A DNA stretch of 59,949 bases, counting the filler, from Ionaspis alba (taxonomy: Eukaryota): the NCBI GenBank assembly GCA_964255285.1. It is 2 parts of 2 records of this genome, joined end to end, with 100 filler letters (N's around TTAATTAATTAA, not from the genome) between each part and the next. Parts side by side here need not be neighbours in the genome. Positions count along the whole stretch, not along the records: positions 30,156 to 59,949 come from CAXUUL010000119.1; 1 more part is not named here. One strand, 5' to 3'. Below the pieces are notes generated by a model. It ran no database searches and was not told the origin of the DNA. It saw only the letters and a list, made by a program, of their open reading frames with translations. Shown one piece after another: positions 48,329-59,949 of this stretch. The position numbers were made by a program, and so were the translations under genes. Within the stretch, counting starts at the first letter, position 1. The number at the start of each line of letters is the position of its first letter.

Positions 48329-49270
48329 TTATTCTGCCTTTTTCACCTGCTCTCGAAGATTCGGTGCCGTACCGTCCGCAGTAACATAACCCTTCTCCAT
48401 GTCCGCAGCCCAAAGCGCAGCACCGGTTGTATTCGTGAAGGCAAAGAGAATAGAAGCAAGAGGAATCAGTTCTAGGAGTACAGCGGCAACTCCAAAGCTG
48501 GCTCTGATCAGCACATGGACTCCAATCAAAGGGAGCTGATCACTTACCTCGTGTACGCTCCCTGATGCTGCTCAACGTGCTTCTCCCTCTGCGCCTCATT
48601 CCACTCCTTCAACTGGAAGTACCTCGTATGCGCCGCCGGGCCGGCTCTCCTCCCCTGTAAAATAACGAACATGACTGTGCCAATAACGGGGATGAAATTG
48701 AGAGGCAGATACATGAAATAGCGAATGATAGCCTTTGGCGCGAACTTGGCAAACGGTTTCTTGACCAGCTTGCCCAACTTGGCAATCGGATCGCTACCGG
48801 CCTTGACTTGTCTACCGCTGGACACCAATTCCGTGGTGCCTTTAGAGACAAGCACACCGTCGAAGGTGTCGACGAGGGAGTCCTCGATTAGGAAGACCTT
48901 GCTGAGGACTGTGAAGAGGGTGGAGCTTTCACTCAGGACCAGAAGGGCTGCACTAACGGCGGCGAGAGGACCTTGGGTGAAGGTCATGATGGCGGCTTGA
49001 GGAAGGTACGTGAAGACGAACATGAAGGCTGTAATTCCGACGCCAAGGGAGAGGGTGGGAACCAGTTTGGAGGCAAGGGGCTTCCACAAAGCGCGGTGGG
49101 AAACGAAGTATGCAATTCCCTAACAACTGAGTCAGTATAGCGCTACCAATCTCTTTGAAATTGAATGAACATACTCGTATTGGGTAGAGGTAGGCCCCTG
49201 AGCGCGCAGCATCTTTGGTGAGAGCTTTGATCCGATCTGCCTCCTCGATGGCAACTTCCTTCACTTTCTC
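48329..49270 (-). CDS. EI24/RRT8 (Lds)-like membrane protein, 5' end lost in a gap
   Basis: 'SGAYLYPIRG', 'FTYLPQAA', 'LVLSES', 'LVDTFDGVL', 'LPLNFIPVIG', 'RYFQLK', 'FTNTTGAALWAAD'. Two introns. Confidence 0.85.
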
Positions 49271-49691
49271 NNNNNNNNNNNNNNNNNNNNNNNNNNNNNN
49301 NNNNNNNNNNNNNNNNNNNNNNNNNNNNNNNNNNNNNNNNNNNNNNNNNNNNNNNNNNNNNNNNNNNNNNTTACAAGTAGCGACGTCATACCCTAGCCGA
49401 GAGCCTCAGCCTTGTAATGCTTAGAGCATTCCAGGAAACGATTTCGCAAGCCGAACCTCACAGTATGATATGCACGATAGTAGTCTCATTGATAGGACTA
49501 TTCACATTCTATACCAAAGAACGATCGAGGAGAGAAACCCTATGTACTGACTAAGGGTATTGGGAACAAACGCCCTTAACCGAATGCTTCGCGTCCACCA
49601 TTGCGACTCCAATGCCAATCATCCAGGATGCGAGTCATGAGAGGAACTCATGTATGCCTGCAAACCCCCAACGCCAAGTCATGTTCTATCA

Positions 49692-52504
49692 TCACCGATT
49701 ACGATCAGCTTGAGCCTGCCTCCAAGCGGCCTCCCCACTAAAGGCTGAGAGGCTGAGAGACGCCAGGCCTCTCCAGCCTCTTCTAGGCGAGAATACCTCT
49801 GGCTGGTCGTTGACAAGTGTCGCAGCCATATCATCTCCTCGTTCCAAATCGTCTTCATCAAGGTTAGGGTTTCGGGGAATTGGTATCGCAGACGAGGGAG
49901 AGTCATTCCTCGTCTCTGCTGCCTGGGCTTGTATGTCTTCGTTGCCAGGAGTGTCGCGATATGAGTCGTGCGGTGGAGCAGGACTCGCACTTCCGGAGGC
50001 GCCATTGGCCATCGAGCGAACGACATCTCCCTTGCAGATGGGACAAGTACGGCGACGAGTAGTCAGCCATGGAGTGCTAGCCGGAAATTAGTACCAACTA
50101 GTCGTAGAGTAGGATAAGATTATACTTACATGCAATCAGCATGAAATTCGTGGCCACATGGCAAACTCATGACTCTGCTCTGTCCGTCGACATACTCCTC
50201 TAGACATACAACACACTCGACCTGTCTACCATTGTATCGTTTTAGTGGGTTTGAGCCAGCAGCTAAAGAAGCCTTGGCTGTGGCTTTGTCCAGGGATGCT
50301 GTAGCAGTCTCGTCAATGGCCGATGCGGTCTGAGACCGAGGCCTCGATCGCGGCAGAATAGACCTTGGACTAGATTGTAGGAGCGGCGATGTTGGAGAAG
50401 ACGTCCTCGGAGATGGCGTTTGAGGTGGTGTGGAGTTCGACGAGCATGACATAGTATGGTAAGTTCTTACCGGTAGCCGATCTACCACGGACTTGGGAGC
50501 CCGCCATCTTCGTCGCCGGATGCGAGATCGGAGCAATAGCAGCGCGTAAACCACCGTCAACGTGACCAAGGGGCTGACAACGAGGACTAAGAGGGTATCG
50601 AAGAAAGGGCTCGTAGACATTGTTGTAGGCGATATCGTCACCCACAACCCTTCATGGGGATTGGATGCATCAGCTTCGTCATCCTCCTCGAAGTCTACCT
50701 CCTCGACAAAGTGTGGAGCAATCTTCTTCTTGTACATATCCTGAGCTTTTTGGTCGGTGTGATCTTCTTCTACCTCTTCCTGCGAGTTCCCAAGCAAATG
50801 ACTGAGCCATCCACGATTGGAATCACCGCTGTCATCCTCGCTATCATGAGGCTGAGCCGCAGCCCCCTTGATAGAATGTTTTGACTTTGAACCTTCTTGC
50901 TCTGGCTTCTCATACTCTCCACTGCCAGGTGTAATACTACCACCAGCAAGCGCATTACTATCCTTCTTTGTGGTACTCCCGGAGTCTTTGACAGGTCCTT
51001 CTGCTTTTAAGGCGGCTTCACGTGATCCATTTCCGTTCGAGCTCTTTGGGTTGTTGGTCGCTACAAGATCCGGATCACGCCAGTCTTGAACTCCGATGAC
51101 AAAATCATCTTTCGAACCCTGCTGAGAAGTGGACTTGGCAGCAGGTTTCCATTTACCGCCATTTTTGGTAGACTTCCCGTCTGCCTTCGATTGCGCTAGA
51201 CTCATTGGCTCGTCAACCCAGTTATCGCTGATGATCCAATTGGTTCGGCCACTGCTCGGTGGTCTTCTGCTATCAGCTGCATGGCCCAAGTCGGCGGATT
51301 TACTAGCAAGCCCGATGATGGATGCAATGGATCTGATCAATCCGCCTTGACGACGGTTTTCGGTAAGTGTGTTCTGCTTGCCTGAGGTTGAGGAAGGCGT
51401 CTGCGGAGGCTTTGAGGTGTTCGCCAATCTAGGAGCTCCTTGCGGTGTGGTCTTCTCCGAAGGTGTGCTCTTGTTCTTGCTCTTCTTTTTTGACGCCCGT
51501 TTGGAAACTGATGCCCTGTCCGAAAAATCGTTATTGTCCGCTGTGGGATCAATAGATCGTCGTTGAGGGATGAGTGATGAAAGTAGGTGTGCTGTGGTGT
51601 GCGAAGTAAATAGAGCAGGAATCGAGACGTTTGAGGTATCGCCACGTGCATACATCGTAGTCAGAGGTGCACCACGAGTACTGTCTCCGACTATTAATGC
51701 AACGCCTCCACGTCGTTGAGCCCATTTGACTTTTTCGAGGAACCCACAGCCTCCCCGACTAAGCAGCACAATCTTGCCACCAATCTCAGCTCCTTCCTGT
51801 ATAGATTGAATATCTGCATGCTCCGACGCTACACCCTCTGTTACGAGCTTGTGTGTTGAGGCTTGGCCAGCGTTGTTTGTCCTTGCCACCTGGGTGTTAG
51901 GCAGAGGATGATGGAGATGATCATCCGTCCCATCGTCTTCCCTCGGGGTACCATTTGTGTCGCTGGTGGCTGGTCGATAGCGATCTTCAGCACCGGCTCT
52001 CCGTAGTCGACTGCTTTTGCCTGAAGACTTGTCTTCTCTACTAGCTGCCTGCCCGGACACCTTGGTCTTGCTTGACTTCTCGCCATCTATGTCTCCAGCA
52101 CTTTTGCTTTGCCCTTCACTCCATCCTGGAACATCGCTACAGCCGAGCTCACCTTCCGCACCACTCGCTGCTCCACCTCTCCTTATGTTGTCGTCGCCAA
52201 AACCACTTCCGACCCATAGCTGAGCACTCAAGCCATCCGGGGGTAAGAAAGGTCCGAATGCTGCAGGTCTTGCGAGGAAAAAGGTCGAGTTGTCGTCGGT
52301 GAGGCTAATTACAGCAGAAGGCGGAAAAAGAGATGAGGGGGTGTGGAAGGAGAAGAAAGCTCGTAGTCCAGTTTTCTTCACAGATGAGTTGGACTCGGTG
52401 GCAAGTCTTTGCCGCGGGTGAGAGTACAGCAGAGAGAAGAATGTGAGAAAGACCGGGAGGGCGACAAAGGCCGTGAGGACCAGGACAAGGCGTGGCGGTC
52501 GCAT
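49692..52504 (-). CDS. PA-domain/TM/RING-H2 E3 ubiquitin ligase (RMR/Goliath-like)
   Basis: Signal anchor, 'ARPAAFGP', PA domain 'LLSRGGCGFLEKVKWAQRRG', TM 'LLVLVVSPLVTLTVVYALLLL', and RING-H2 'CVVC..LPCGHEFHADC|ITPWL..CPIC' across intron 50077..50129. Confidence 0.93.
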
Positions 52505-54329
52505 GGCAGTCCGGTGCTGGCTGCCAATCTGTTCGGGTCACTTCATACAAGAGCGCCCAGAGGAAAGGATTAAGCGATAACAGAATATGACAGCTCAGGC
52601 ATGGAATGAAAAGGATTGCTGAGCTGTCATTGTCAGTCTGGAGTCCAGATGATCGTTGCGGGCCACAAGATGTCGGCAGGTCATCGACTTTCCATGCCGC
52701 TTACCCCATGCGGCTAGAGGTCGTCGAGGTCAAGCGAAAACCTTCGCAGCACATGACCCAGAACAAGCTGCAAAAGAGGGAACAGTCAATCCACCATGCT
52801 TCAGAATTCTTCCCGCCGACCTTTTCTTGCGACATCACGGATGTGCCAATAAAGAACGCTCGAACGAGTTTCAAAGTGTAAAGATACCCCACCCACAAGT
52901 ATGCCTGTTCTTCGCTTCATGAGTAGAGCTTTAGCAAAATATTGACTTCCTTTACTGGCTACTACGGAAGCAAATGATACTATCTATCGTACTCTCCAGT
53001 TCCCGTTCTATCGGTCACAATGTTGTCGTTGTCAGNNNNNNNNNNNNNNNNNNNNNNNNNNNNNNNNNNNNNNNNNNNNNNNNNNNNNNNNNNNNNNNNN
53101 NNNNNNNNNNNNNNNNNNNNNNNNNNNNNNNNNNNTATCTATCGTACTCTCCAGTTCCCGTTCTATCGGTCACAATGTTGTCGTTGTCAGTCCCTTCCTG
53201 GCGAGATGCGCAACCCCTCAGGATAACGACAAGATCGATAAAACAGCAAGAGCAGTTTACTATCGTCTTGTGTTATAGCGCTTTCTTTCAGATCGGGATG
53301 TCGGATACCCTCTAGGAATCATGAGCAGATCCGTAGGATTTTAGGGGTTTAAATCACGTGAATTTTCCTTACAAATACAAACTTGAGTCCTCTTTTCCTG
53401 CTAGATCCAACGCCACTCGCTCTCCAATATTACATAGCCGGCAGCGTCGCGATAGACAAAAACTTCTTCACCAAGCAGTAGTACTGGAAGCATATTCTAG
53501 ATGCATTGACGGTGCTCGCTCAATCTCACAGCTACTGAATGATAGGTCGGTGACTCAAGGCATGTGATTATAAAGGCATGATCCAGAATGGGCTTTATTC
53601 TTGAGACTACAGAGTACTCCGAGCCACCACAACCTCATGCCTCAGCCACATGTTTGTTCTCCAATCGGTTTGATCGGCGATCGCTGCAACGATCGGATCC
53701 TAGCGCGAGGAGCCAGTGGCTGTGTAAATGTGGCGTACGCACTGCACCATGCCTTTTGTAGCCTAGCACAGTATCAAGCCTGATGTCACTATGATCACGA
53801 TGTGGAGTGACTGCCTTGAATCGATGCAGAGCCTGAAGCTCCAAGCGCAATTCTGCGTTTCCCGATAGGAGATGGCCATACCCTCTGCCGCAATTGACTC
53901 GGATGCTGACAATGCGTGATCAAGACCTGCATGGATACCCCGCTGGACTGACGCAATGGGTGCAACTGTTCCTGGATCAGCATCACCGTAAACAAGGTAG
54001 AGCTGTGCGGATGTGACGATGAGCTTGACCGGAGCAGAGTAAACCTTGATTGACGGCTCATGCCTGCCTGCCAAGTTTTGAAGCTCTGGCAGGAAGCAAA
54101 CAGAGAGCCAATCAGTTGTTCACAAATAGGGAAGTTACGGATATTCATCTCATTCACTCCACCTATCACCCCAGTAATATATAACCCCTCCTCGCACCCT
54201 CTCCATCCTCCACTTTTCCCAATCATCACTTCACAACTTCACATTCCGGCCTGAACTTCAAATTGTCACAAACAAATCTACTCGAGAATCATCACAAACC
54301 TCTTCATCAACACACTTGAATCAACAATC

Positions 54330-56000
54330 ATGTCTGGTCTACTCCACAAAGTCAAGGACGCCATGTCCGGTGACAAACACACCTCTGAGTCGCACGCTGC
54401 CAACCAGGGCTCCACTGGTAAGTCAAGATCATCTATGGACATCTGAGCCTAAGCTTATGTTCTTAGACTACGATTCAACCACAACTGGTACAGGTCATCA
54501 GCACGGAACTCATGGTAGCCATGGTACTCACACCAGTGGGACTACTACTGGGTCAGGTCTTGCTGGATCTGGCACTCACTCCACGACCGGCACCTCTGGT
54601 ACGGGATTGACAGGCAGTCACCAGCAGACCACGGCAGGGCCGCACGGTAATATGGGCAACAAGCTCGACCCTCGTGTCGACTCCGACATGGACGGCTCTC
54701 GCAACATGGGTGCCAACACCACAGGCACAAGTTCAAGTGGTACCGGGTATGGCTCCAGCACCACTGGAACTGGATACGGCTCTAGCAACACCGGTTCCGG
54801 CCTCACTGGGTCAGGTATGACTGGTTCGCACCACCAGACTACCGCCGGGCCCCATGGCGACCTAGGCAACAAGATGGTATGCTTCAGTCTGTGTACATGA
54901 ATTGGTGTTTAGTGTGCTAACGTTTGAAGGACCCTCGCGTTGACTCCGACCGAGATGGCTCTCACAATATGGGCGCAAGCTCTACAGGAACAGGGTATGG
55001 ATCTAGCAATACCGGGTCTGGCATGACTGGCACAGGTTATGGATCCAACACCGCTGGCTCAGGCATGACTGGGTCAGGATATGGATCAAGCAACACCGGC
55101 TCAGGTATAACTGGCACCAGCTCTGACGCCACTGGTCCACACAAGTCTGGCCTTCTCAACAAGCTCGATCCTAGAGTTGACAGCGATAGAGGTATTTCGT
55201 AAGTCTCAATTTGCATGCTTGGTTGGCTAATTTTTGCAGATGGAAGCCGCAACATGGGTGCCAACAGCGGTACAACCGGTGGCATGACTAGTGGTACGAC
55301 CGGACACCATAGCCACCAGGGTCATCACGAGGACATCATCCACGGCGGTGCTCATCACACCGAGACTGCCAACCGTCTAGACCCTCACGTTTCTACCGGA
55401 TCAACGACTGGCAGCGGTCTTGGTCACTTGAGTACAGGAACTGGTATTGGTGGCTCAAGCAGCGGTACAGGTTACAGCAGCTCCACTACCGGTACTGGTC
55501 TTGGGAGCTCGACCACTGGTACTGGATATGGCGATTCGACCACTGATAGCCACCTAGGCGGTTCTTCAACTGGCCACCATGTTTTGCCTGGTTCCTCTAC
55601 CGGTACTGGGTTAGCCAACTCGACAACCGGCCGGGGATACGATGATAACACCACTGGGAGCGGACTGGGTGGATCGAACACTGGCCGAGGTTATGACAAC
55701 ACCACCACTGGCGGTGGCTTGGGTGGATCTGGACGTGGATATGACGAGACTAGCTCTCGTAACGCTCTTGATAGCTCGACAACTGGTCACTCAGGCATGA
55801 CAGGCTCCGGAATGGGCACATCAGGTAATACGACCACTGGCCCACACAATAGCAGCATGATGAATAAGCTCGTGAGTTTACCTTCGATATCCATGAGTCT
55901 CTTACTGCAAAATGCTAACCATTTCATTCAGGATCCTCGTGTTGACTCCGACCGTGACGGAAGTACCATGACCGGAGGCAACAGCCGTACCCACACGTAG
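54330..56000 (+). CDS. Fungal dehydrin-like protein (DPR repeats)
   Basis: Starts MSGLLHKVKDAM and is G/T/S/H-rich. Four 'GPH...NK(L/M)DPRVDSD.DG' repeats plus 'ANRLDPHV'. Four introns. Confidence 0.92.
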
Positions 56001-57141
56001 GTGCTTCTCATGCCGAGACCATGGTTCTGAAGCATCTAACGTTGCCCATGATCAAGCAGTGGAACCAGTGGTGCTGGCGTTTCCGAGCCTCTCGATGCGG
56101 CGAAACACAAACCTTCTGTTTTCGCTGCCGTTGCAGGGGAGCCGACTATTGCCCACGATGATCATTTGCACGATCGTGCTGGCCGCCATGGGAGCATTAG
56201 TGAGCATGTTAAGTATGGATCTGGTGCTCACTAGTTGCTACGGCATGTTGAAGACGTTTCTTGCTGCTCTGCTCTTGCTATGGGGGATTGATGGTAGGGT
56301 AGGTTCTTTGGTCCCTGCGGGGAATGATTGTATGATAGCTTAGCTACGGCTGACTTCCAAAAAATTCCTGCAATAGGCAGATGAATGAACGTGATAATTA
56401 ACGATGGCACAATGATCATTCTGATCTTGCAAATCTGTCGCGGACATGCCGATTTGATCGTTCCACCACCGTGTTGTCGCAACTCGTAGGAACCGCACAG
56501 GTCTAATCGAAGTCTAGTTAACTCTACTGATCCGATGGTACCCATGTCTAGTCATCTGTGTGATTCCATCGTTTGAATATGGAAGATGATCTCCATGATA
56601 TCAATGGTCACAGCAATTCACGTAACGGTCGTTCAATTTGTCAATCGAGTGCTATGTAGCGTTGGTAAGATCGACGGGAAATAAGAAAAAGTATCCACAT
56701 GGCGTCTCCTAAAATCATCATGTGAAGATTCAGGGTTGGGTCTCCAGCATCATACGGCTCAGCAATCCAAAGGCTGGTCTATACGACATTCCCAGTTACG
56801 TGGCCATGTGGTGGGCCTGTTCAAAGGGAGCTAAGAAGAACTACTGGGATGTAGGAGGCGGCTTTCCCGGCATTAATTTGTACGGCATTTAAAATGTTCT
56901 CATCCATTGTATCAAATGCCGAACTCAATAATGAGAATAAAGAAGAACCACGGAAGGTCTCTCAACATTCTTGTTTGTGTATAGAATGTGGCCTCTCTAG
57001 TATCAAAATCTTCGGCACTCAAGCCGTTCTCATTCATGTTGTCAATTACGCAAGTAGGAAAACTGAATGGAATAGGGAAGGGAGTATTAGCTAAGTATAC
57101 AGAGCCGCATTTGGGTGACTCGGCCGCTTGACCGCCTGGAC

Positions 57142-59017
57142 TCATTTCCGTGGGCGGCCCCTACGTGCTGACGCACTACTCTCTCTTCGTCGTTTTCCGC
57201 TATTGCGTGGCACATTGGAGAATGAGTTCATCCCGGACTGGTTTGGACTTGGTGCCTTTGTCGTCATTCCACTCTGCAGATATCCAGGTGACATGTTGGT
57301 ACGTAATGATGGTGTTTGACTTACTGCTGGCGTCGGTCTTCTGCTTGACAAATTGATTATCTGCCCATACCGATAAAAGTCCTGGTCCTCTCTCATTTGC
57401 ATTGCCCTGATGTCATTGCTAAACCTTTCCGTTAAAGCGGTCGCGGCATCACGGAGTAGAGTATGGAGTTCTCCCACTCCATAGCCGATCAAAATCTTCC
57501 CGAGGGTTTCGATGGTTGTTTTCCGGTCAAGCTTGTTACTACTGATCCTACGAAATTCGCGAAACTCGAATCTCAATGGATAATCGGGGATGATGAAGGC
57601 GTTTTCAGGCCCATCGACGGGTACTCGGGTTGCTCGGTGTATGCGAATGACAAGGCCTTCGGTACTGGCCACCACTGAGAAAAATCTGACCTTGGCGAAG
57701 AATATCTCTTCATGCTGTGGTCCAGCATCCTTGAAAAACTCGTACATATTATGAAGCGCTTGGCTTGCGTTGTTGAGACTTTGATTCAGCCCTATTGAAT
57801 CGTCGACCGCGGTCTTCGCCTTCTTAGCCTCAATGGTGAAGAAGTGGAATACTCTCGTTCGCGAGATAACGTCGCCGTTCTCATAGCAAGCAAGTCGCTT
57901 TGTCGCTTTTGGCATGTTGTTCCACTGAATTTCGTCGATCAAAGCCTCTCGGTTGAAGCAGACTGCCAGATCCGGCTTGGGTTGTGTTAGAAAGGAGGTG
58001 AGTTTTCTGTAGGCTCGAGTCGGCATCGGTGGACAACTCCAGGATTCTTCGACACTGAAGTCGAGTAGACACTGAGATGTGGTGTCTCTGGTATAGATCA
58101 AAAAGTGACGCGCAATCAGGCTCATCATGAGTGTACGCTGAAAGAGTGCCTCGTTTGAGCCTCTGTCGCATTTTGCTTGGTCGAGTGCCCAGAGACGGCT
58201 GTGCGACTCCTTCTCCCTGTCAGTCTCAGCGGGATCTCCGGGTACCAGACGTGTGATGTGGTCCATCTGTGAGTCGGGATTGCAGCTTTCCCTCAAGAAG
58301 ACGTTTCGATGTCCAAGTCCATCAACAAAATCCGCGTTATCGGGCCCTAATCTTGTATACGTTTTGGCCATCTCTGGATTTGCAATGATGGCTGCAATGA
58401 TAGCGGCGGCTTCTTCGTCCAGTGGCGGCAAATAGCCCCACTTGCGATTGAATGTTTGCTCTGGATCCTTATCAACTAATGACTCCGGTAATTCTTCATA
58501 GAAAGAAAGTGCATCAAAATGGTGATTAGTCCGCTTGTGCTGTTCTGCAAGCCGATTGTTTACGTCGGTTAGATAGTTATCAAGAGAGTGACGTTTTCCA
58601 ATTTCTGGCTCGTGCTCAGCTCGCTGCCCTTCTTGCTGCTCAATTCCCTCAAGCTTTCGAGTTTTCCGAGGCTTGCGAAGAAGGCTCTCTGGATTATCCA
58701 CCAAAGGCGGGTTGGTTTTGGTGGAGGGCTGCGACCTGATCCCAGACCTAAGGCCTGGCCGTGGATAGGATTTGTTGCCTAGAACACGAGTCAGGTGTTG
58801 CGTTGGGTCGTCAACAGACTACCGTCGAATAACGTATATCAGCTAGTAGACTCGAAATCGCGATATGATCTGCAAAAGTTCACATTCGAAGATAACGACG
58901 AGTGACCACCATGAACGGTTTTGGGCAGGTTGTGGGCAGGTTCTTTACCTTCTTGGTGGTTTTCTGCGTGGTCACGGACTTTGACAAATTTTTCTTCCTT
59001 CTTCTCCCACGAGGCAT
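57142..59017 (-). CDS. PD-(D/E)XK-like domain protein with basic NLS and C-terminal AT-hook
   Basis: Long exon containing 'NEALFQRT', 'PKPDLAV', 'FFTIEAK', 'NQSLNNASQALHNM', ending RRGRPRK*. Predicted first exon MPRGRRRKK..TTKK|GTAAAG, spliced to SVDDP. The start is tentative. Confidence 0.75.
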
Positions 59018-59643
59018 TGAAAGTGCTCTACACAAATTTCATCACAAAGGAATCGAAGCAAGAAAATTCTCCGCAAGGGAGAAAGGTGTGCCAGTACTTA
59101 AAATCAAAAAATGTAGATACCACGTAGGAAATTTAAGAACCTTGATGGGAGCAGAGAAGTATTTAAGCCAAACAAGGTCGCGCAACTTGAGAGCCGCCGC
59201 AATACGGGAAATCTGGTTCTGTGTTAGGTTACAATGGAGGTCGTGGAACCTCGAAAAGCAGCTGTCTGGCTAGCTGTCTGGCTCGATGAACAGTACATCA
59301 ACAATCAGGCTTCCCTTCGGAATGCAGATAGCCTTGTCCTCACACACGTAGTAGAAGCGCATAGGCCATCAGTTCTCCTCAAAAGGCGTTGTTGGGGTCG
59401 AGAATGCTTTTTTGTCTTCCGCCACTAATTTTGCTTGCCGCCCCCCCATATGCGTCATGCAGAAATCTTGTGAATCCAAGTCATGCCTCTTTCCAATTAC
59501 CCTACGTTAGCAACATCATTTATGTACCTTGCTCTTCATTCTCCAAATTAGAAAACCAGGAGCGGCAAGAAATGTTTGTCGGCACACCGGAGCATTGCCA
59601 TATTAGCGTTTTCACAAACCGTGCATTTTCTTGACGCTCAACT

Positions 59644-59949
59644 TTGCTCTTTGCCCCACCAAATTTATATGGTAGTTTGAGCAATTTCAAGTACCACCCT
59701 AACCATACGTTATTTTTACGGTTTTTTCTCACAGACCAATTGTAGGACTTATATTCAACCTTAATTTTATAATAAATCAGATTTTTATCGAATTAAATTT
59801 TTTTTTATAATTACAATTTATTGCGAAATTTACATTGAATATAGATTTTATAACTGATATATAAGAATTAGGCGTAAAAATAATGTGTGGTTGGGGTGAT
59901 ACTTGAAATTGCTCAAACTACCATACAAATTTGGTGGGGCAAAGAGCAA
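59644..59949. mobile_element. MITE-like/foldback inverted-repeat element with AT-rich core, truncated by the window end
   Basis: 59644..59720 is the reverse complement of 59873..59949 (77 bp, 5 mismatches, all transitions). The 152-bp spacer is very AT-rich. Confidence 0.75.

Noticed and set aside
2098..53190. 55-bp direct repeats flanking four N gaps (2098/2253, 40082/40237, 42576/42731, 52981/53136)
   Set aside because: All are exactly 55 bp, identical and abut 100-N gaps. This fits k-mer overlap from a de Bruijn assembler, not target-site duplications or biological repeats.
54600..55960. Regularly spaced repeats resembling an array
   Set aside because: These are coding repeats of the dehydrin, not a CRISPR-like array.
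1..59949. Secondary-metabolite cluster, tRNA/rRNA genes, or a Starship captain recombinase
   Set aside because: No PKS, NRPS, terpene synthase, tyrosine recombinase or structural RNA was recognised by eye. A tRNAscan/Infernal run would be needed to exclude RNA genes.

Overview
Eukaryotic DNA from a filamentous ascomycete (Pezizomycotina), inferred from the short GT-AG introns with CTRAY branch points and the gene families present. The exact lineage cannot be determined from this window. It holds about 22 protein-coding genes. Conserved genes: Vip1 inositol-pyrophosphate kinase, indoleamine 2,3-dioxygenase, casein kinase I, a CECR5-type HAD hydrolase, a PA-TM-RING E3 ligase, two F-box proteins, an Smr-domain protein, an RRT8/EI24-like protein and a PTH11-like membrane protein. 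Stress genes: a CsbD-like protein and a DPR-repeat dehydrin. Secreted proteins: two beta-propeller proteins. Accessory or conflict-type genes: a SesB-like alpha/beta hydrolase overlapping a spliced, possibly chimeric membrane-anchored ORF; a HET-domain protein; and a PD-(D/E)XK-like nuclear protein with a terminal AT-hook beside a RIP-eroded inverted-repeat element. There are seven 100-nt gaps. Four have exact 55-bp duplicated flanks (assembly artefact) and one contains an artificial TTAATTAATTAA linker. All family calls come from motif recognition by eye, not database searches. Exon boundaries are predicted.
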